Position numbers and translations under genes: made by a program | Shown: in pieces, positions 36,324-46,453 of the stretch | Layout of the letters: each line of letters starts with the position of its first letter | Numbering within the stretch: the first letter of the stretch is position 1 | NCBI GenBank assembly: GCA_031431875.1 | Contig: JANPEF010000026.1 | Location: 1-64,000 of the forward strand | Reading direction: 5' to 3' | DNA length: 64,000 nt | Source: Candidatus Eiseniibacteriota bacterium | GTDB lineage: Bacteria > Eisenbacteria > RBG-16-71-46 > DASYSL01 | Notes under the pieces: generated by a model | Databases searched by the model: none | Told to the model about the DNA's origin: nothing | Seen by the model: only the letters and a program-made list of their open reading frames with translations

Positions 36324-37715
36324 ATGCCGCGCGTCCTCGTCATCGCCTACTTCTTTCCGCCGCTCGGCGGCGGCGGCGTGCATCGCCCCCTCGCGTGGGC
36401 GCGCTACCTGCCCGAACACGATTGGAACGTGACCGTGATCGCGTCCGCGCCCGGCGGCTACTTCATCGACGACGCCACGCTCCTGTCCCGCATCCCGGCC
36501 GCGACCGAGGTCATCCGCGTCGGCGCTCCCACGGCGGTCGCGTTGTGGCGGCGCCACCTGGCGCCCTCCCCGGCCGGTGCGGTCGCCGAGCCCTTGCCGC
36601 GCCCCGCTCGCGGCGGCTCCATGAAGGGACTGGTGCGCCGCGACGATGCGTTGCGGGCGGTGGCGCGGTTCGCGTTCGTGCCGGACTCGTATCGCGCGTG
36701 GACCGGGCCCGCCATCCGCGCCGGCCGCGAGCGCATGGCCCGCGGCGACATCGACGCCATTCTCTCGACCTCACCGCCCGAGTCGTGCCATCTCGTGGGC
36801 GAGGCGCTGGCGCGCCCCACCGCCGGGCCGGTGCTGCCGTGGCTCGCCGACTTCCGCGATCCATGGGTCGGCCTCCACTACCGCACGCCGCCCACGCCCC
36901 TCCACGCGGCGCTGCAGCGCCGTCTCGAGCGCCAAGTGCTCCACCGCGCCGACCGCGTGCTCGTCGCCTCGCACACGCACGAGCGCACGCTCGAGGGCAC
37001 CCTGGCCGAGGATCAGGTTCGCGCCCGCGTCCGCTTCCTGCCCAACGGCGCCGAGCTCGAGGAGCTCGAGGCCAACGGTGACGCGTCGGCCGAAGCGGGC
37101 GCGAGTGCGCCTGCGGCGAACGCTCCGGCGGCCGACCCGGCGCGCATCGTCTACACCGGCACGCTGGTCGAGACCCCGGCGATGCTGCGCTTCCTCGAGG
37201 CGCTGGCGCGTCGCCTGAGCTACGAGCCGGGCCGGCGTCGCCACGTCGAGCTCCTGGTCGCGGGTCCGTTCGGCGAGGAGTACGCCGCCCGCGTGCACGC
37301 GCTCGACCTGGACGACGTCGTGCGCTTCGTCGGGCCGGTGCCGAACGCCGACGCGCGACGCCTGCAGAAGGAGGCAGACGTACTGTTGCTCGTGCGCAAC
37401 GAGGGCCCGGGCTACGAGGCCATGGTCCCGGGCAAGCTGTACGAGTACCTTGCGGCGCGACGGCCGATCGTGGCGATGGTCGGGACGAGCGAGGCGTCGG
37501 GGCTGGCGCGGGCCTGCGGTGCCGCCGTGGCGGCGCCGAACGACGGCGAGGCGGCGGTAGCGGCGGTGTTCGCGGTGCTCGACCGCGCGCCGGCGGCCGC
37601 GCGGCCCGACGAGGCGGCGATCGCCGCGCTGCTGCGCGCCCGCTCGCGACGTGCGCTGGCGGGAACGCTGGCGGCCGAGCTGTCGGCCGCGATCGCGGAG
37701 CGACGCCCCGCCTAA
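36324..37715 (+). CDS. GT4-family glycosyltransferase
   Basis: IAYFFPPLGGGGV, ADFRDPW, PGKLYEYLAA. Confidence 0.9.
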   Translation: MPRVLVIAYFFPPLGGGGVHRPLAWARYLPEHDWNVTVIASAPGGYFIDDATLLSRIPAATEVIRVGAPTAVALWRRHLAPSPAGAVAEPLPRPARGGSMKGLVRRDDALRAVARFAFVPDSYRAWTGPAIRAGRERMARGDIDAILSTSPPESCHLVGEALARPTAGPVLPWLADFRDPWVGLHYRTPPTPLHAALQRRLERQVLHRADRVLVASHTHERTLEGTLAEDQVRARVRFLPNGAELEELEANGDASAEAGASAPAANAPAADPARIVYTGTLVETPAMLRFLEALARRLSYEPGRRRHVELLVAGPFGEEYAARVHALDLDDVVRFVGPVPNADARRLQKEADVLLLVRNEGPGYEAMVPGKLYEYLAARRPIVAMVGTSEASGLARACGAAVAAPNDGEAAVAAVFAVLDRAPAAARPDEAAIAALLRARSRRALAGTLAAELSAAIAERRPA

Positions 37716-38770
37716 TCGAAGTCGGGGCGCTCGACCAGCGTATAGTGGCCGAAGAGATCGCTCTCGAGCTGCATCCCCGCCACTCCCTGGTCCCACCCCA
37801 GCGCATGGCCCATGGCCCGGGCCGCCGCGTCGTCGTTCGCGTCGTAGGCCAGCACGATGAACCCCAGCTTCTCGAAGATCTCGCGCGGGAACGGACACCG
37901 TCCATCGGTCCACGGCCGGTAGGGCTCGTCGGGCTTCGATGGCGCGGGTGACAGATTGTAGATGAGCACGCGTCCGCCCGGATTGAGCGCCGCCCACAGG
38001 TAGCCCACGAAAGTCGTGTCGTCGACGCCGAGGTTCACGAGCTGGCGTGGATCGGCCGCTCGCTCGGGGTGGATGTAGCCGCGCTTGAGCGTGTTCTTCG
38101 ACAGGATGAGGTCGAACCCGCCGAGGACCTCCCGCCGCACCGCCGCGTCCGCGGGCCAGCGGCCGTGCACCGCGCGCGCCGAACCGCCCGCTGCGGTCCG
38201 CCGCCCCGCAAGCGCCGGCTCGCCGGCGTACAGCGCGCGCAGCAACGGATCGACGTCGACGCCGACCGCGTGCGCGCCGGCGGCGGCCAGCAGGCCGATC
38301 GATCCGGCGCCGCCGTAGCCGAAGTCGAGGATGCGCTTGCCGGCGAGCGTCGACAGACCCGCCTCGCCCGCCACCTCGAGCGCCCGCGCGTAGGCCACCG
38401 GCGTGCCGTATCGCGTGAAGTACCAGAACCCTTCGCGCAGGTCCCGGCGCACGAGCCGGGCCCGCGTCGTGTCGGGCAGCATCGACACGTCGTCCTCGTT
38501 CCAGTACGCGGTCGCGGCCGAGTCGCGCCAGACGGTGCGCGCCCGCGGCGCCGGCAGCAGCGGTACCGCGGCAAGGAAGCGCTCGACGACCGGCGTGGTA
38601 CACAGCGGCGCGACCGCCACGGCATCGCGCGTGAGCGCGGCCACGACGCTGGTGTCGGCGGTGTCGGGCGCGGCCGGCGCGCGGACGGCGCAGACGGGTG
38701 CGGGGATGAGCAGTGCCAGCGCCGCGGCGAGCGCGAGCATCCCGAGCGCCGCCGCTTCGCGGCGGGACAT
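37712..38770 (-). CDS. Signal-peptide-bearing protein with a class I SAM-methyltransferase-like fold
   Basis: N-terminal signal; ILDFGYGGAG, AVGVDVD, FDLILSKN, ALNPGGRVLI. Confidence 0.7.
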   Translation of the reverse strand: MSRREAAALGMLALAAALALLIPAPVCAVRAPAAPDTADTSVVAALTRDAVAVAPLCTTPVVERFLAAVPLLPAPRARTVWRDSAATAYWNEDDVSMLPDTTRARLVRRDLREGFWYFTRYGTPVAYARALEVAGEAGLSTLAGKRILDFGYGGAGSIGLLAAAGAHAVGVDVDPLLRALYAGEPALAGRRTAAGGSARAVHGRWPADAAVRREVLGGFDLILSKNTLKRGYIHPERAADPRQLVNLGVDDTTFVGYLWAALNPGGRVLIYNLSPAPSKPDEPYRPWTDGRCPFPREIFEKLGFIVLAYDANDDAAARAMGHALGWDQGVAGMQLESDLFGHYTLVERPDFD

Positions 38771-38784
38771 GGCTTCGCGGCGCA

Positions 38785-40695
38785 CTATCGCGCCGCGGGC
38801 GCCGCGCCGCCGGTCACCAGGCGCAGGCGATCGAGGAACGGCTCGGGTCGCATGAAGCCGACGACGCGCGCGGCCGCAACCTCGTTCCCGTCGGCGCCGA
38901 GGAACACGATGGTGGGGACGCCTGCAATCGCGAAGCGCTCGCGCAGCGCTTCCGACTCGGGGGAATCGAAGCGGGTCAGGTCCACCTTCATGCGCACGAA
39001 GCCGGAGGCGACGCGCACGACCGCGGGATCGGTGAACGTGATCTCCTCGAGCTCGTGGCATGGCACGCACCACTCAGCGGCGAAGTCGATCATGACCGGC
39101 GTGCCGGAGGTCCGCGCAGTCGCCAGCGCGGCGTCATCGAAGGCGGCGAACTCGAGGGCCGGCGCGGCCGGGCGGAAGACGATCAGCACCGAGGCGACGA
39201 TCGCGGCGACGCCGACCGCCCACTTGAAGCGACGGAACGCGGGTCGATCCCGCCCGGTGGGCTCGAGGAAGCCGAGGTACAGGCCGCCCAGGCCCAGCGC
39301 CGCCGGCACGACCCAGCCGACGTGCTTCGGGGCGATCGCCAGCGTCAGGTAGAACAAGGCGACGGCGAGCAGGATCACGCCGAAGAGATGCTTCACCCAG
39401 TCCATCCACGAGCCCGAACGCGGCAGGCGCGTCATCAGTCCCGAGAACACGGCGAGCACCAGGTAAGGCAGCCCCAGCCCCAGCGACAGGACGAAGAACG
39501 CCTGGAAGCCGAAGATCGGGTCCCCCTTCGCCCCGACGTGGGCGAGCAGGGCGATGATGGGCGCGCCGATGCATGGCGCGGCGAATACGCCGACCATCAA
39601 GCCGGCGATAAACGTGCCGACGTAGCCCGCTCCCGTCGCGCCGCCCAGCTTCGACAGGAGCCCGCTCGGCGCCTGGATCTCGTAGAAGCCGAACATGGAC
39701 AGGGACAGCGCGAGCAGCAGGAGCCCGATCCCGCCCAGCACCCACGGACTCGCCAGCCAGCCGCCGAACAACCCGCCGGTCAGCGCCGCAATCACGCCCA
39801 GCGTCGAGTACATGAGCGCGATTCCGAGCACGTAGACGATGGCGCGCGGCAGTGCGCGCAGGTTGCCCCGCAACGAGCCGGATGACGCCGACGCGGCGGC
39901 GCCGCCGAACAGCGATACGGTCACGCCCATCATCGGGTACACGCACGGGGTCAGGTTGAGCGCGAGGCCCATGAGGAAGATGAAGAGGAACGCGAGCCCG
40001 GTACCGCGCTCGTCGAACCAGCGCCCGACCAGGTTGTCCGCGGCGGGCGCCGCACGCGCGGGCGCGACTCCACCGGGGGGCGGCCCCGTCTCGAACCCCG
40101 CGATCGGCGCGAGCGTGGTGTCGGCCGGCGCGACGGGCGCGAGTTCGCTCGCGCTCGAGTCGACGGCGCCACCCGCGGGCACCTCGCCGGCGACGGTGAC
40201 CGCGAAGCGCACGGGCACCGAGGCCGGCGGCAGGCACACCTGGTCGTTGCAGCCCTGGAAGCGCAGCGTTCCCGCGATCGTGCGCGGGCCGGGCGTGGCA
40301 TCGGCCGCGGCGCTCAGCGGCAGGACGATCGTCGCCGTCCCCTCGTACACCGCGAGGGGCGTCTCCGAGAACGACAGCGTGACCTGGTGCGCGGCGGGGT
40401 AACGCGGCGCGCCGGGCCGCACACCCGGAGCGGCCGGCAGCGCGAGCACGGAGGGCACGAGGAAGTCCTCGTTCGGGCGATTGGCGTTGATGTGCCACGT
40501 CGGCAGGACGTCGAACGTGATCGTCACCTCGATCGTCGCACCGGGCGCGATCGTGACGGGTGGGATCGGATGCACGCGCACCAGTTCGCTCGCCGGCGGC
40601 GGTGACGCGGACTCCTGGGCGGCGACCGTGGCGACGTGTGGGGCGCCGAGCATGAGCGCAGCGAATGCGAGGGCCGAACCGAGCTGGCGAATCAT
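38785..40695 (-). CDS. dsbD: Thiol:disulfide interchange protein DsbD
   Basis: FQGCNDQVCLPP, LTPCVYPM, AAPCIGA, DFAAEWCVPC. Confidence 0.93.
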   Translation of the reverse strand: MIRQLGSALAFAALMLGAPHVATVAAQESASPPPASELVRVHPIPPVTIAPGATIEVTITFDVLPTWHINANRPNEDFLVPSVLALPAAPGVRPGAPRYPAAHQVTLSFSETPLAVYEGTATIVLPLSAAADATPGPRTIAGTLRFQGCNDQVCLPPASVPVRFAVTVAGEVPAGGAVDSSASELAPVAPADTTLAPIAGFETGPPPGGVAPARAAPAADNLVGRWFDERGTGLAFLFIFLMGLALNLTPCVYPMMGVTVSLFGGAAASASSGSLRGNLRALPRAIVYVLGIALMYSTLGVIAALTGGLFGGWLASPWVLGGIGLLLLALSLSMFGFYEIQAPSGLLSKLGGATGAGYVGTFIAGLMVGVFAAPCIGAPIIALLAHVGAKGDPIFGFQAFFVLSLGLGLPYLVLAVFSGLMTRLPRSGSWMDWVKHLFGVILLAVALFYLTLAIAPKHVGWVVPAALGLGGLYLGFLEPTGRDRPAFRRFKWAVGVAAIVASVLIVFRPAAPALEFAAFDDAALATARTSGTPVMIDFAAEWCVPCHELEEITFTDPAVVRVASGFVRMKVDLTRFDSPESEALRERFAIAGVPTIVFLGADGNEVAAARVVGFMRPEPFLDRLRLVTGGAAPAAR

Positions 40696-40702
40696 CGGAC
40701 TC

Positions 40703-41410
40703 CTATTTCTTTCCCGCGGACTTGCCCTTCACACCCGGCGTTTCGCCGGGCAGGAGCGGCGGCGCGAGCTGCCGGAACGGCACGAGGTTGTTGACCGCGG
40801 GCACGGAGCGAAGGTAGGCGAAGATCGCCTTCAGGTCGTCGTCCGACAGATTGCCGTAGGCGAGGCTGGGCATCGGAGGCTTGAGCGTGCCCTCGCGGAG
40901 GATGTAGATGAACGCTTCCTCGTTCCAGCCGCCGATGCCGGTGGTCGGATCGGGCGTGAGGTTGCGCCCGAACGTGACGCCCCACGGCCCGGCGAACGCG
41001 GTTCCCGACGGCGCGACGATCATGCCCATCCCGGCGTCCCACAGCGAGTCCGACCAGGTCGCGTACGGATCGGCGCTGCGATGGCCGGCGAGCATGAATC
41101 CGGGAACGATCTTTCCGTCGGGTCCTTTCGGCGAGTGGCAGTCGACGCAACCGAGCACGTCGGCGAGGAACTTTCCGCGAGCAACCGGATCGCCACCCGG
41201 GCCGGACGTGCCGGGCCCGGCCGAGCCCGCGGTGACCACGGGCTCGCCCGTCGTGGTCAGCGGCGTCGACGGGGTGGCAGCAGGTGTGGCAGGCGAAGCG
41301 GACGCGGCGTCGGCGACGCGCGCCGACCGGGCGGCGCAACCCGCCCAGGCGATGCACGCCATGACGCACGAAACGAGGACCAGCGGACGGAGCAGTGAGC
41401 GGAGTCGCAT
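40703..41410 (-). CDS. Monohaem cytochrome c lipoprotein
   Basis: WAGC lipobox, CVDCH, NLTPDPTTGIGGW, PPMP. Confidence 0.85.
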   Translation of the reverse strand: MRLRSLLRPLVLVSCVMACIAWAGCAARSARVADAASASPATPAATPSTPLTTTGEPVVTAGSAGPGTSGPGGDPVARGKFLADVLGCVDCHSPKGPDGKIVPGFMLAGHRSADPYATWSDSLWDAGMGMIVAPSGTAFAGPWGVTFGRNLTPDPTTGIGGWNEEAFIYILREGTLKPPMPSLAYGNLSDDDLKAIFAYLRSVPAVNNLVPFRQLAPPLLPGETPGVKGKSAGKK

Positions 41411-41652
41411 CCAGGGACCTCCATGCAGGGTACGGGCGCCGCCGGCGGGCCGGGAATGGGGTGCGCCTCCGATTCTGGCAGCCGCCGGACCGGGGCGGAA
41501 AGCGGAATCGTCCGAGGGCTGTTCCGCGCGCTGCGCTTGACGCAGAGTTGTCGCCTGCGCGACGGTATCCTCACGCATCATGGCCGTCTTGCCTTCATCC
41601 CCGCGCCCCCCACGGGCGACCTGGTCTCGTACGCTCCCGGAGGAGTCGTCTC

Positions 41653-44439
41653 ATGTCGTTGCGTCCGCTCTTCGCGCGCGCGGCGTTCACCTGCGCGCTC
41701 GTCGCGTCCGTGTCCGCGTTCGCCCTGCCCGCCCTGGCCGATCAGAAGCCCTTCCCCGACGGCGCCCCCCCCGCCGGCAAGTCGTCCGGCGACAAGGACA
41801 AGAAGGACGGGAAGTCCGCCACCCCCGAAAGCGGCTTCGGGGAGTGGAGCAAGGTCACCAAGGACGCGACACGCAAGGACGGCATGTTCCCGGCGTGGAC
41901 CAAGCGCGAGATCATCTATTGGGAGATCAAGCAGGACCGCCTGGGCAAGCCGTTCCTCATGAACGCGCACTTCGCCCGCGGCATCGGCACCGCCTACACG
42001 CTGGGCGGCCTGCCGATCGTCGACGGCATGGTGCAGTTCGAGCGCAACGGCGACCGCATCTTCCTCGTCGCGCCGACGACCAGCATCTTCGCCAGCTCGG
42101 GGGACACCGCGTACAAGCGCGCCGTCGACCTGTCGTTCGGCAGCTCCGCGCTGCAGGCGTTCAAGATCGAGAGCGAAAAGGATTCGACGGTCCTCATCGA
42201 CATGGCGCCGATGTTCGCCAGCGACTGCCTCGACCTGACCACGCGGCTCAAGAGCTCGACCAACAAGGGGTTCCGCTTCGACAAGGAGCGCTCGGCGGTC
42301 ACCTCGCACAAGGCGTTCCCCAGGAACATGGAAGTCGAGGCGCTGCTCACGTTCTCGCCGAACGACCGCGAGAACCTCGACGTCGGCCCGCTGGCGGACA
42401 GTCGCTACGTGCCGATCACGGTCCACTACAGCTTCCTCGAGCTGCCCGAGTCGCCGATGGCCCCGCGGCTCGCCGACGATCGCGCGGGATACTTCACCAA
42501 CGCGTACAAGGACATGAGCCGCGACGGCAAGACCGATTACTGGCTGCGCTACATCAACCGCTGGCGCCTGGAGAAGAAGGACCCGACGGCCGCGGTGTCC
42601 GAACCGAAGCAGCCGATCGTGTTCTACCTCGACAAGACCATCCCGGCCGAGTGGAAGCCGTACGTGAAGGCGGGAATCGAGGAGTGGCAGAAGGCGTTCG
42701 AGCAGGCAGGCTTCAAGAACGCGATCATCGCCAAGGATGCGCCGATGGACGATCCCGACTGGGATGCCGAGGACGCGCGCTACTCGACGATCCGCTGGAT
42801 CGTGTCGCACGAGCCGAGCTTCGGCGCGATCGGACCCAGCCAGACCGACCCGCGCACCGGCGAGATCCTGAACGCTGACATCCTGATGGAAGGCAGCATG
42901 ATCGTCGGTTACTCGAACAACTGGCGGCGCTGGGCCGCCCCCGACGTGGTCGATCAGGCGATGAACCTGCCGACGCAGGAGTGGCTGAAGAACGTCACCG
43001 ATCCGTCGCACCTGTGCATGGCCGGAATCGGCCACGCCAGCGAGGCCGAGTTCCTGTCCACCGCGCTCGCCCTGACCGGTGTGACGCCCCCGGGCGAGCC
43101 GGCGCCGAAGGAGTTCGTCGGTGCGGGCCTCAAGGCGGTGACGATGCACGAGGTCGGGCACACACTCGGGCTGCGTCACAACTTCAAGTCCTCGACCGAC
43201 GTCCCGCGCGAGATGCTGCAGGACAAGGCGTGGGTCGCCCAGAACGGCCTGGTCGGCTCGATCATGGACTACGACACGCCGAACGTCTCGTCCGACCCGG
43301 CACGCCAGGGCTACTACTGGTCGCCGACCGTCGGCACCTACGACAACTGGGTGATCCGCTACGGCTACACGCCGACCTCGGCCACGACGGCGGAGGACGA
43401 CTACAAGCTCGTCACGCCGATCGCGCGCGAGGCGACCGCCGACGGTCACCTCTATGGCACCGACGAGGACACCTACCCGGCCGACGCGCTCGACCCGCGC
43501 TGCAACATCTACGACCTGGGTGCGAGCCCGCTCGCGTTCTCCAAGGACCGCGTCGCCTACGTCCAGAACCTGTGGAACACGCCGGGCCTCGAGAGCAAGT
43601 TGATGAAGGAGGGCGATTCGTACGTCGCCCTGCGCCGCGCGATGGACTCGATGCTGCTGCAGTATGCGCGCGGGCTGTCGCACGCCCGCAAGTACGTCGG
43701 CGGCCAGTACGCGCACAAGGTGATGAAGGGTGATCCGGGCGAGAGCGGGCCGTTCACGCACGTGCCGCCGGCCGAGCAGAAGGAGGCGATGGACTTCCTC
43801 GCCCAACGCGCCTTCTCCGCCGAGGCGATGAACGTGCCGCCGGCACTGCTCGACAAGATCGGCAAGGACCAGCAGTGGGACTGGGGCAACAACCTGTTCG
43901 CCTATGGGCGGCAGGACTATCCCTTCCTGTCGCGTGTCCTCGCCATCCAGGTGGGCGCCATGAACGGCATCTCCGAGCCCTCGCTGCTGTCGCGCCTGCG
44001 CGAGCAGGAATCGCGCGTCGGCGCCGGTGCGTTCCGCGTGCAGGACGTGTTCTCGCGGCTGACCGGCTCGATCTGCAGCGAGCTCGGCGTCGCCGGTTCC
44101 GTTCCGGCGGCGGGTGCGGCCAAGTACGCCGCGCTCGATCGTCCGAACACGCGCCGCGGCCTGCAGCGCGCCTACGTCGACCGCCTCTCGGAGATGGTGA
44201 TCAACCCGTCGCCGGCGGCGCCGGAGGATGCCCCGGCCCTGGCGCGGCTCCACCTGACGCGGATCGCCGACGCCTGCCAGCGCGGACTGGGCCCCGCCGG
44301 CCCCGGCAGCGACACCGTGCGCGCGCACCTGATGGAGCTGCGGGCCCGGGCCCGCCGCGCCCTCGAGGCGCAGCGCGAAGTGCCAGGCGTCCCGCGGCCC
44401 AACCCCATCGCGGGCGGGACCGCCGCCACGGCAAGATAA
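41653..44439 (+). CDS. Secreted zinc-dependent metalloprotease (DUF5117/DUF4953-type metzincin)
   Basis: PRLADDRAGYF, RYINRWRLEK, DPRTGEIL, HEVGHTLGLRHNF, SIMDY Met-turn. Confidence 0.9.
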   Translation: MSLRPLFARAAFTCALVASVSAFALPALADQKPFPDGAPPAGKSSGDKDKKDGKSATPESGFGEWSKVTKDATRKDGMFPAWTKREIIYWEIKQDRLGKPFLMNAHFARGIGTAYTLGGLPIVDGMVQFERNGDRIFLVAPTTSIFASSGDTAYKRAVDLSFGSSALQAFKIESEKDSTVLIDMAPMFASDCLDLTTRLKSSTNKGFRFDKERSAVTSHKAFPRNMEVEALLTFSPNDRENLDVGPLADSRYVPITVHYSFLELPESPMAPRLADDRAGYFTNAYKDMSRDGKTDYWLRYINRWRLEKKDPTAAVSEPKQPIVFYLDKTIPAEWKPYVKAGIEEWQKAFEQAGFKNAIIAKDAPMDDPDWDAEDARYSTIRWIVSHEPSFGAIGPSQTDPRTGEILNADILMEGSMIVGYSNNWRRWAAPDVVDQAMNLPTQEWLKNVTDPSHLCMAGIGHASEAEFLSTALALTGVTPPGEPAPKEFVGAGLKAVTMHEVGHTLGLRHNFKSSTDVPREMLQDKAWVAQNGLVGSIMDYDTPNVSSDPARQGYYWSPTVGTYDNWVIRYGYTPTSATTAEDDYKLVTPIAREATADGHLYGTDEDTYPADALDPRCNIYDLGASPLAFSKDRVAYVQNLWNTPGLESKLMKEGDSYVALRRAMDSMLLQYARGLSHARKYVGGQYAHKVMKGDPGESGPFTHVPPAEQKEAMDFLAQRAFSAEAMNVPPALLDKIGKDQQWDWGNNLFAYGRQDYPFLSRVLAIQVGAMNGISEPSLLSRLREQESRVGAGAFRVQDVFSRLTGSICSELGVAGSVPAAGAAKYAALDRPNTRRGLQRAYVDRLSEMVINPSPAAPEDAPALARLHLTRIADACQRGLGPAGPGSDTVRAHLMELRARARRALEAQREVPGVPRPNPIAGGTAATAR

Positions 44440-44452
44440 CGGCTCCCCATGT

Positions 44453-44474
44453 TGGCTCCCCGAAGGGGGAGCCA
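44453..44474 (+). terminator. Hairpin/terminator after the metalloprotease
   Basis: TGGCTCCCC-GAAG-GGGGAGCCA. Confidence 0.55.
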
Positions 44475-44603
44475 GGGTTTCGGCGAACGGCCCCGGTGCA
44501 GCCCAGCCGGGGCCTTTCGCTTGCCCGGCATCGCGCCCCTCCGCGCCCGGCCAGGCTCCAAACCAGCCCCAATAACTTGTCCCTTCGGGACGGAAACTCC
44601 CGG

Positions 44604-44633
44604 TTGATCCCGCCGCCGCGGGTGGCGTACACT
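44604..44633 (+). promoter_or_regulatory. Candidate sigma70 promoter of rho
   Basis: TTGATC-18 nt-TACACT. Confidence 0.55.
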
Positions 44634-44832
44634 CTGCCTGTGCGATCGCCGTTCGATCGCACGGCTCGCGCGGTCGAAACGACGCGCGCGGACGGTGCAC
44701 CTGCCCGTCCCGATCCCGGCGGCACCCCGCCGCTCACCGGTGTTCCGGTGACGGCCCCGGCCCGCCCGGCCGCAGCTCCAGCGGCCACACGCATTTCGTG
44801 CCACCGAACCAGAAAACGCGAGTGTTCCCATA

Positions 44833-46416
44833 GTGAAACGCACCACCTCCGGCTCCTTCGGCCGTCGTCCCGCACGCAAGACCACCGGACCCTCGCCCGC
44901 TTCGTCGAGCGCATCCCCCATGCGTCCGGCCGGCCCGGCCCCGTCCGCCCCTCCGCCGTCCTATGCCCCCGCGCCTCCGCGCGAGCGCAACGATGAGCCT
45001 CGTCCGCCGCGGGAAGCCCGGCCGCCGCGCGAACAGCGCGATGCCCGCCCGGCCCGCGATGGCCGTCCTCCCCGCGAGGGGCGCGAAGTCCGCGAGCCTC
45101 GCCCGCAGCCCGGGTACGGCACGCGTGCACCGCGTCCCCAGCCGGGCCCCGGCGCCGATCCCGGTGCCCGCAGCGAAACCGGTGCCCGTGGCCCGGCCGA
45201 GGGCCCGCGCGGCGAACGCCGCCGAGGTCGCGGCGGCCGCCGCGCCGGGGGCCGCCCCGAGGGCGTTCGTCCCGACGGCACGCGCGACTCGCGCGACGTC
45301 CCGCGTGGGGATCGCCCGCCCGAGCGGCAGCCCAGCAGCAACGGGTACGGAGCGCAGCGCGGACCGCGCCCGGCGCCTTCGTCCCAGCCACGTACCAACG
45401 GCTTCCGGCGGGCCGATGGCGGCCCGACCGATCGCGCGGGCGAACGCCAGCGCTACGGCGGCGGCGGCTACGGTGGCGCGCCTTCGCGCGGGGGCGGCTT
45501 CGCCGGTGGTCGCGGTCGCGGCGGCCGGGACCGCCGCGAGGCGCCGTTCACCGACGTGCTCAAGGAACTTCAGCAGCAGGTCTCGATCGATCCGAACGAG
45601 CGCCTCAAGCTCGAGCTGACGTCCGACGGCCTGTCCATGCGCGCGCTCGACATCATCTCGCCCATCGGCAAGGGTCAGCGCTGCCTCATCACCGCGCCGC
45701 CCAAGGCCGGCAAGACGACGCTCCTGCAGGAGGTCGCCGTCTCGCTGGCGAAGAATCATCCCGAGATCGAAGTCGTCGTGCTGCTGGTCGACGAACGGCC
45801 CGAGGAGGTCACACACTTCCGGCGCTCCGTCCCGTGCGAGGTGCTGGCCGCCTCCAGCGACCAGACGTCGGCCGAGCACGTCGAGATCGCCGAGAAGGCG
45901 CTCACCCGCGTGCTCGTGCCGGTGCTCGACGGCAAGGACGTGGTCGTCCTGCTCGACTCGATCACGCGCCTCGCGCGCGCCTACAACACGACGTTCCAGG
46001 GCATCGGCCGCACGCTTTCGGGCGGTCTCGACGCAGCCACCATGCAGGTGCCGCGGCAGATCTTCGGTGCCGCGCGCAACATCGAGGGTGGCGGCAGCCT
46101 CACCATCCTCGGCACGGCGCTGATCGAGACCGGTTCGCGCATGGACGAGGTGATCTTCCAGGAGTTCAAGGGCACCGGAAACATGGAGCTCGTGCTGTCG
46201 CGCCAGCTGTTCGAGCGCCGCGTGTTCCCATGCATCGACATCAAGGCCAGCGGCACCCGCAAGGAAGAGAAGCTCTACGGCCCCGACGAGATGCGCGCGA
46301 TCAACAACCTGCGCCGCCGGCTGTCCGAGCGCGACTCCGAGAGCGCGATGAACGAGTTGCTCGAACTGTTGCGCATGTATCCCACGAACGAGCAGCTTCT
46401 CGCCAAGCTCATGTAG
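44833..46416 (+). CDS. rho: Atypical transcription termination factor Rho (ATPase domain plus low-complexity N-terminus, no OB-fold RNA-binding domain)
   Basis: PIGKGQR, APPKAGKT, DERPEEVT, DSITRLARAYN, SGGLD, EFKGTGNME, SGTRKEE. Confidence 0.9.
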   Translation: MKRTTSGSFGRRPARKTTGPSPASSSASPMRPAGPAPSAPPPSYAPAPPRERNDEPRPPREARPPREQRDARPARDGRPPREGREVREPRPQPGYGTRAPRPQPGPGADPGARSETGARGPAEGPRGERRRGRGGRRAGGRPEGVRPDGTRDSRDVPRGDRPPERQPSSNGYGAQRGPRPAPSSQPRTNGFRRADGGPTDRAGERQRYGGGGYGGAPSRGGGFAGGRGRGGRDRREAPFTDVLKELQQQVSIDPNERLKLELTSDGLSMRALDIISPIGKGQRCLITAPPKAGKTTLLQEVAVSLAKNHPEIEVVVLLVDERPEEVTHFRRSVPCEVLAASSDQTSAEHVEIAEKALTRVLVPVLDGKDVVVLLDSITRLARAYNTTFQGIGRTLSGGLDAATMQVPRQIFGAARNIEGGGSLTILGTALIETGSRMDEVIFQEFKGTGNMELVLSRQLFERRVFPCIDIKASGTRKEEKLYGPDEMRAINNLRRRLSERDSESAMNELLELLRMYPTNEQLLAKLM

Positions 46417-46453
46417 CGAAGCTGGTTTCAAGACCGCGGCGCACGGAGGCCCC

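Noticed and set aside
44960..45150. Short DNA repeats in the rho 5' region as a possible CRISPR or guide array
   Set aside because: Degenerate, in-frame peptide repeats (RPPRE) with no repeat-spacer structure
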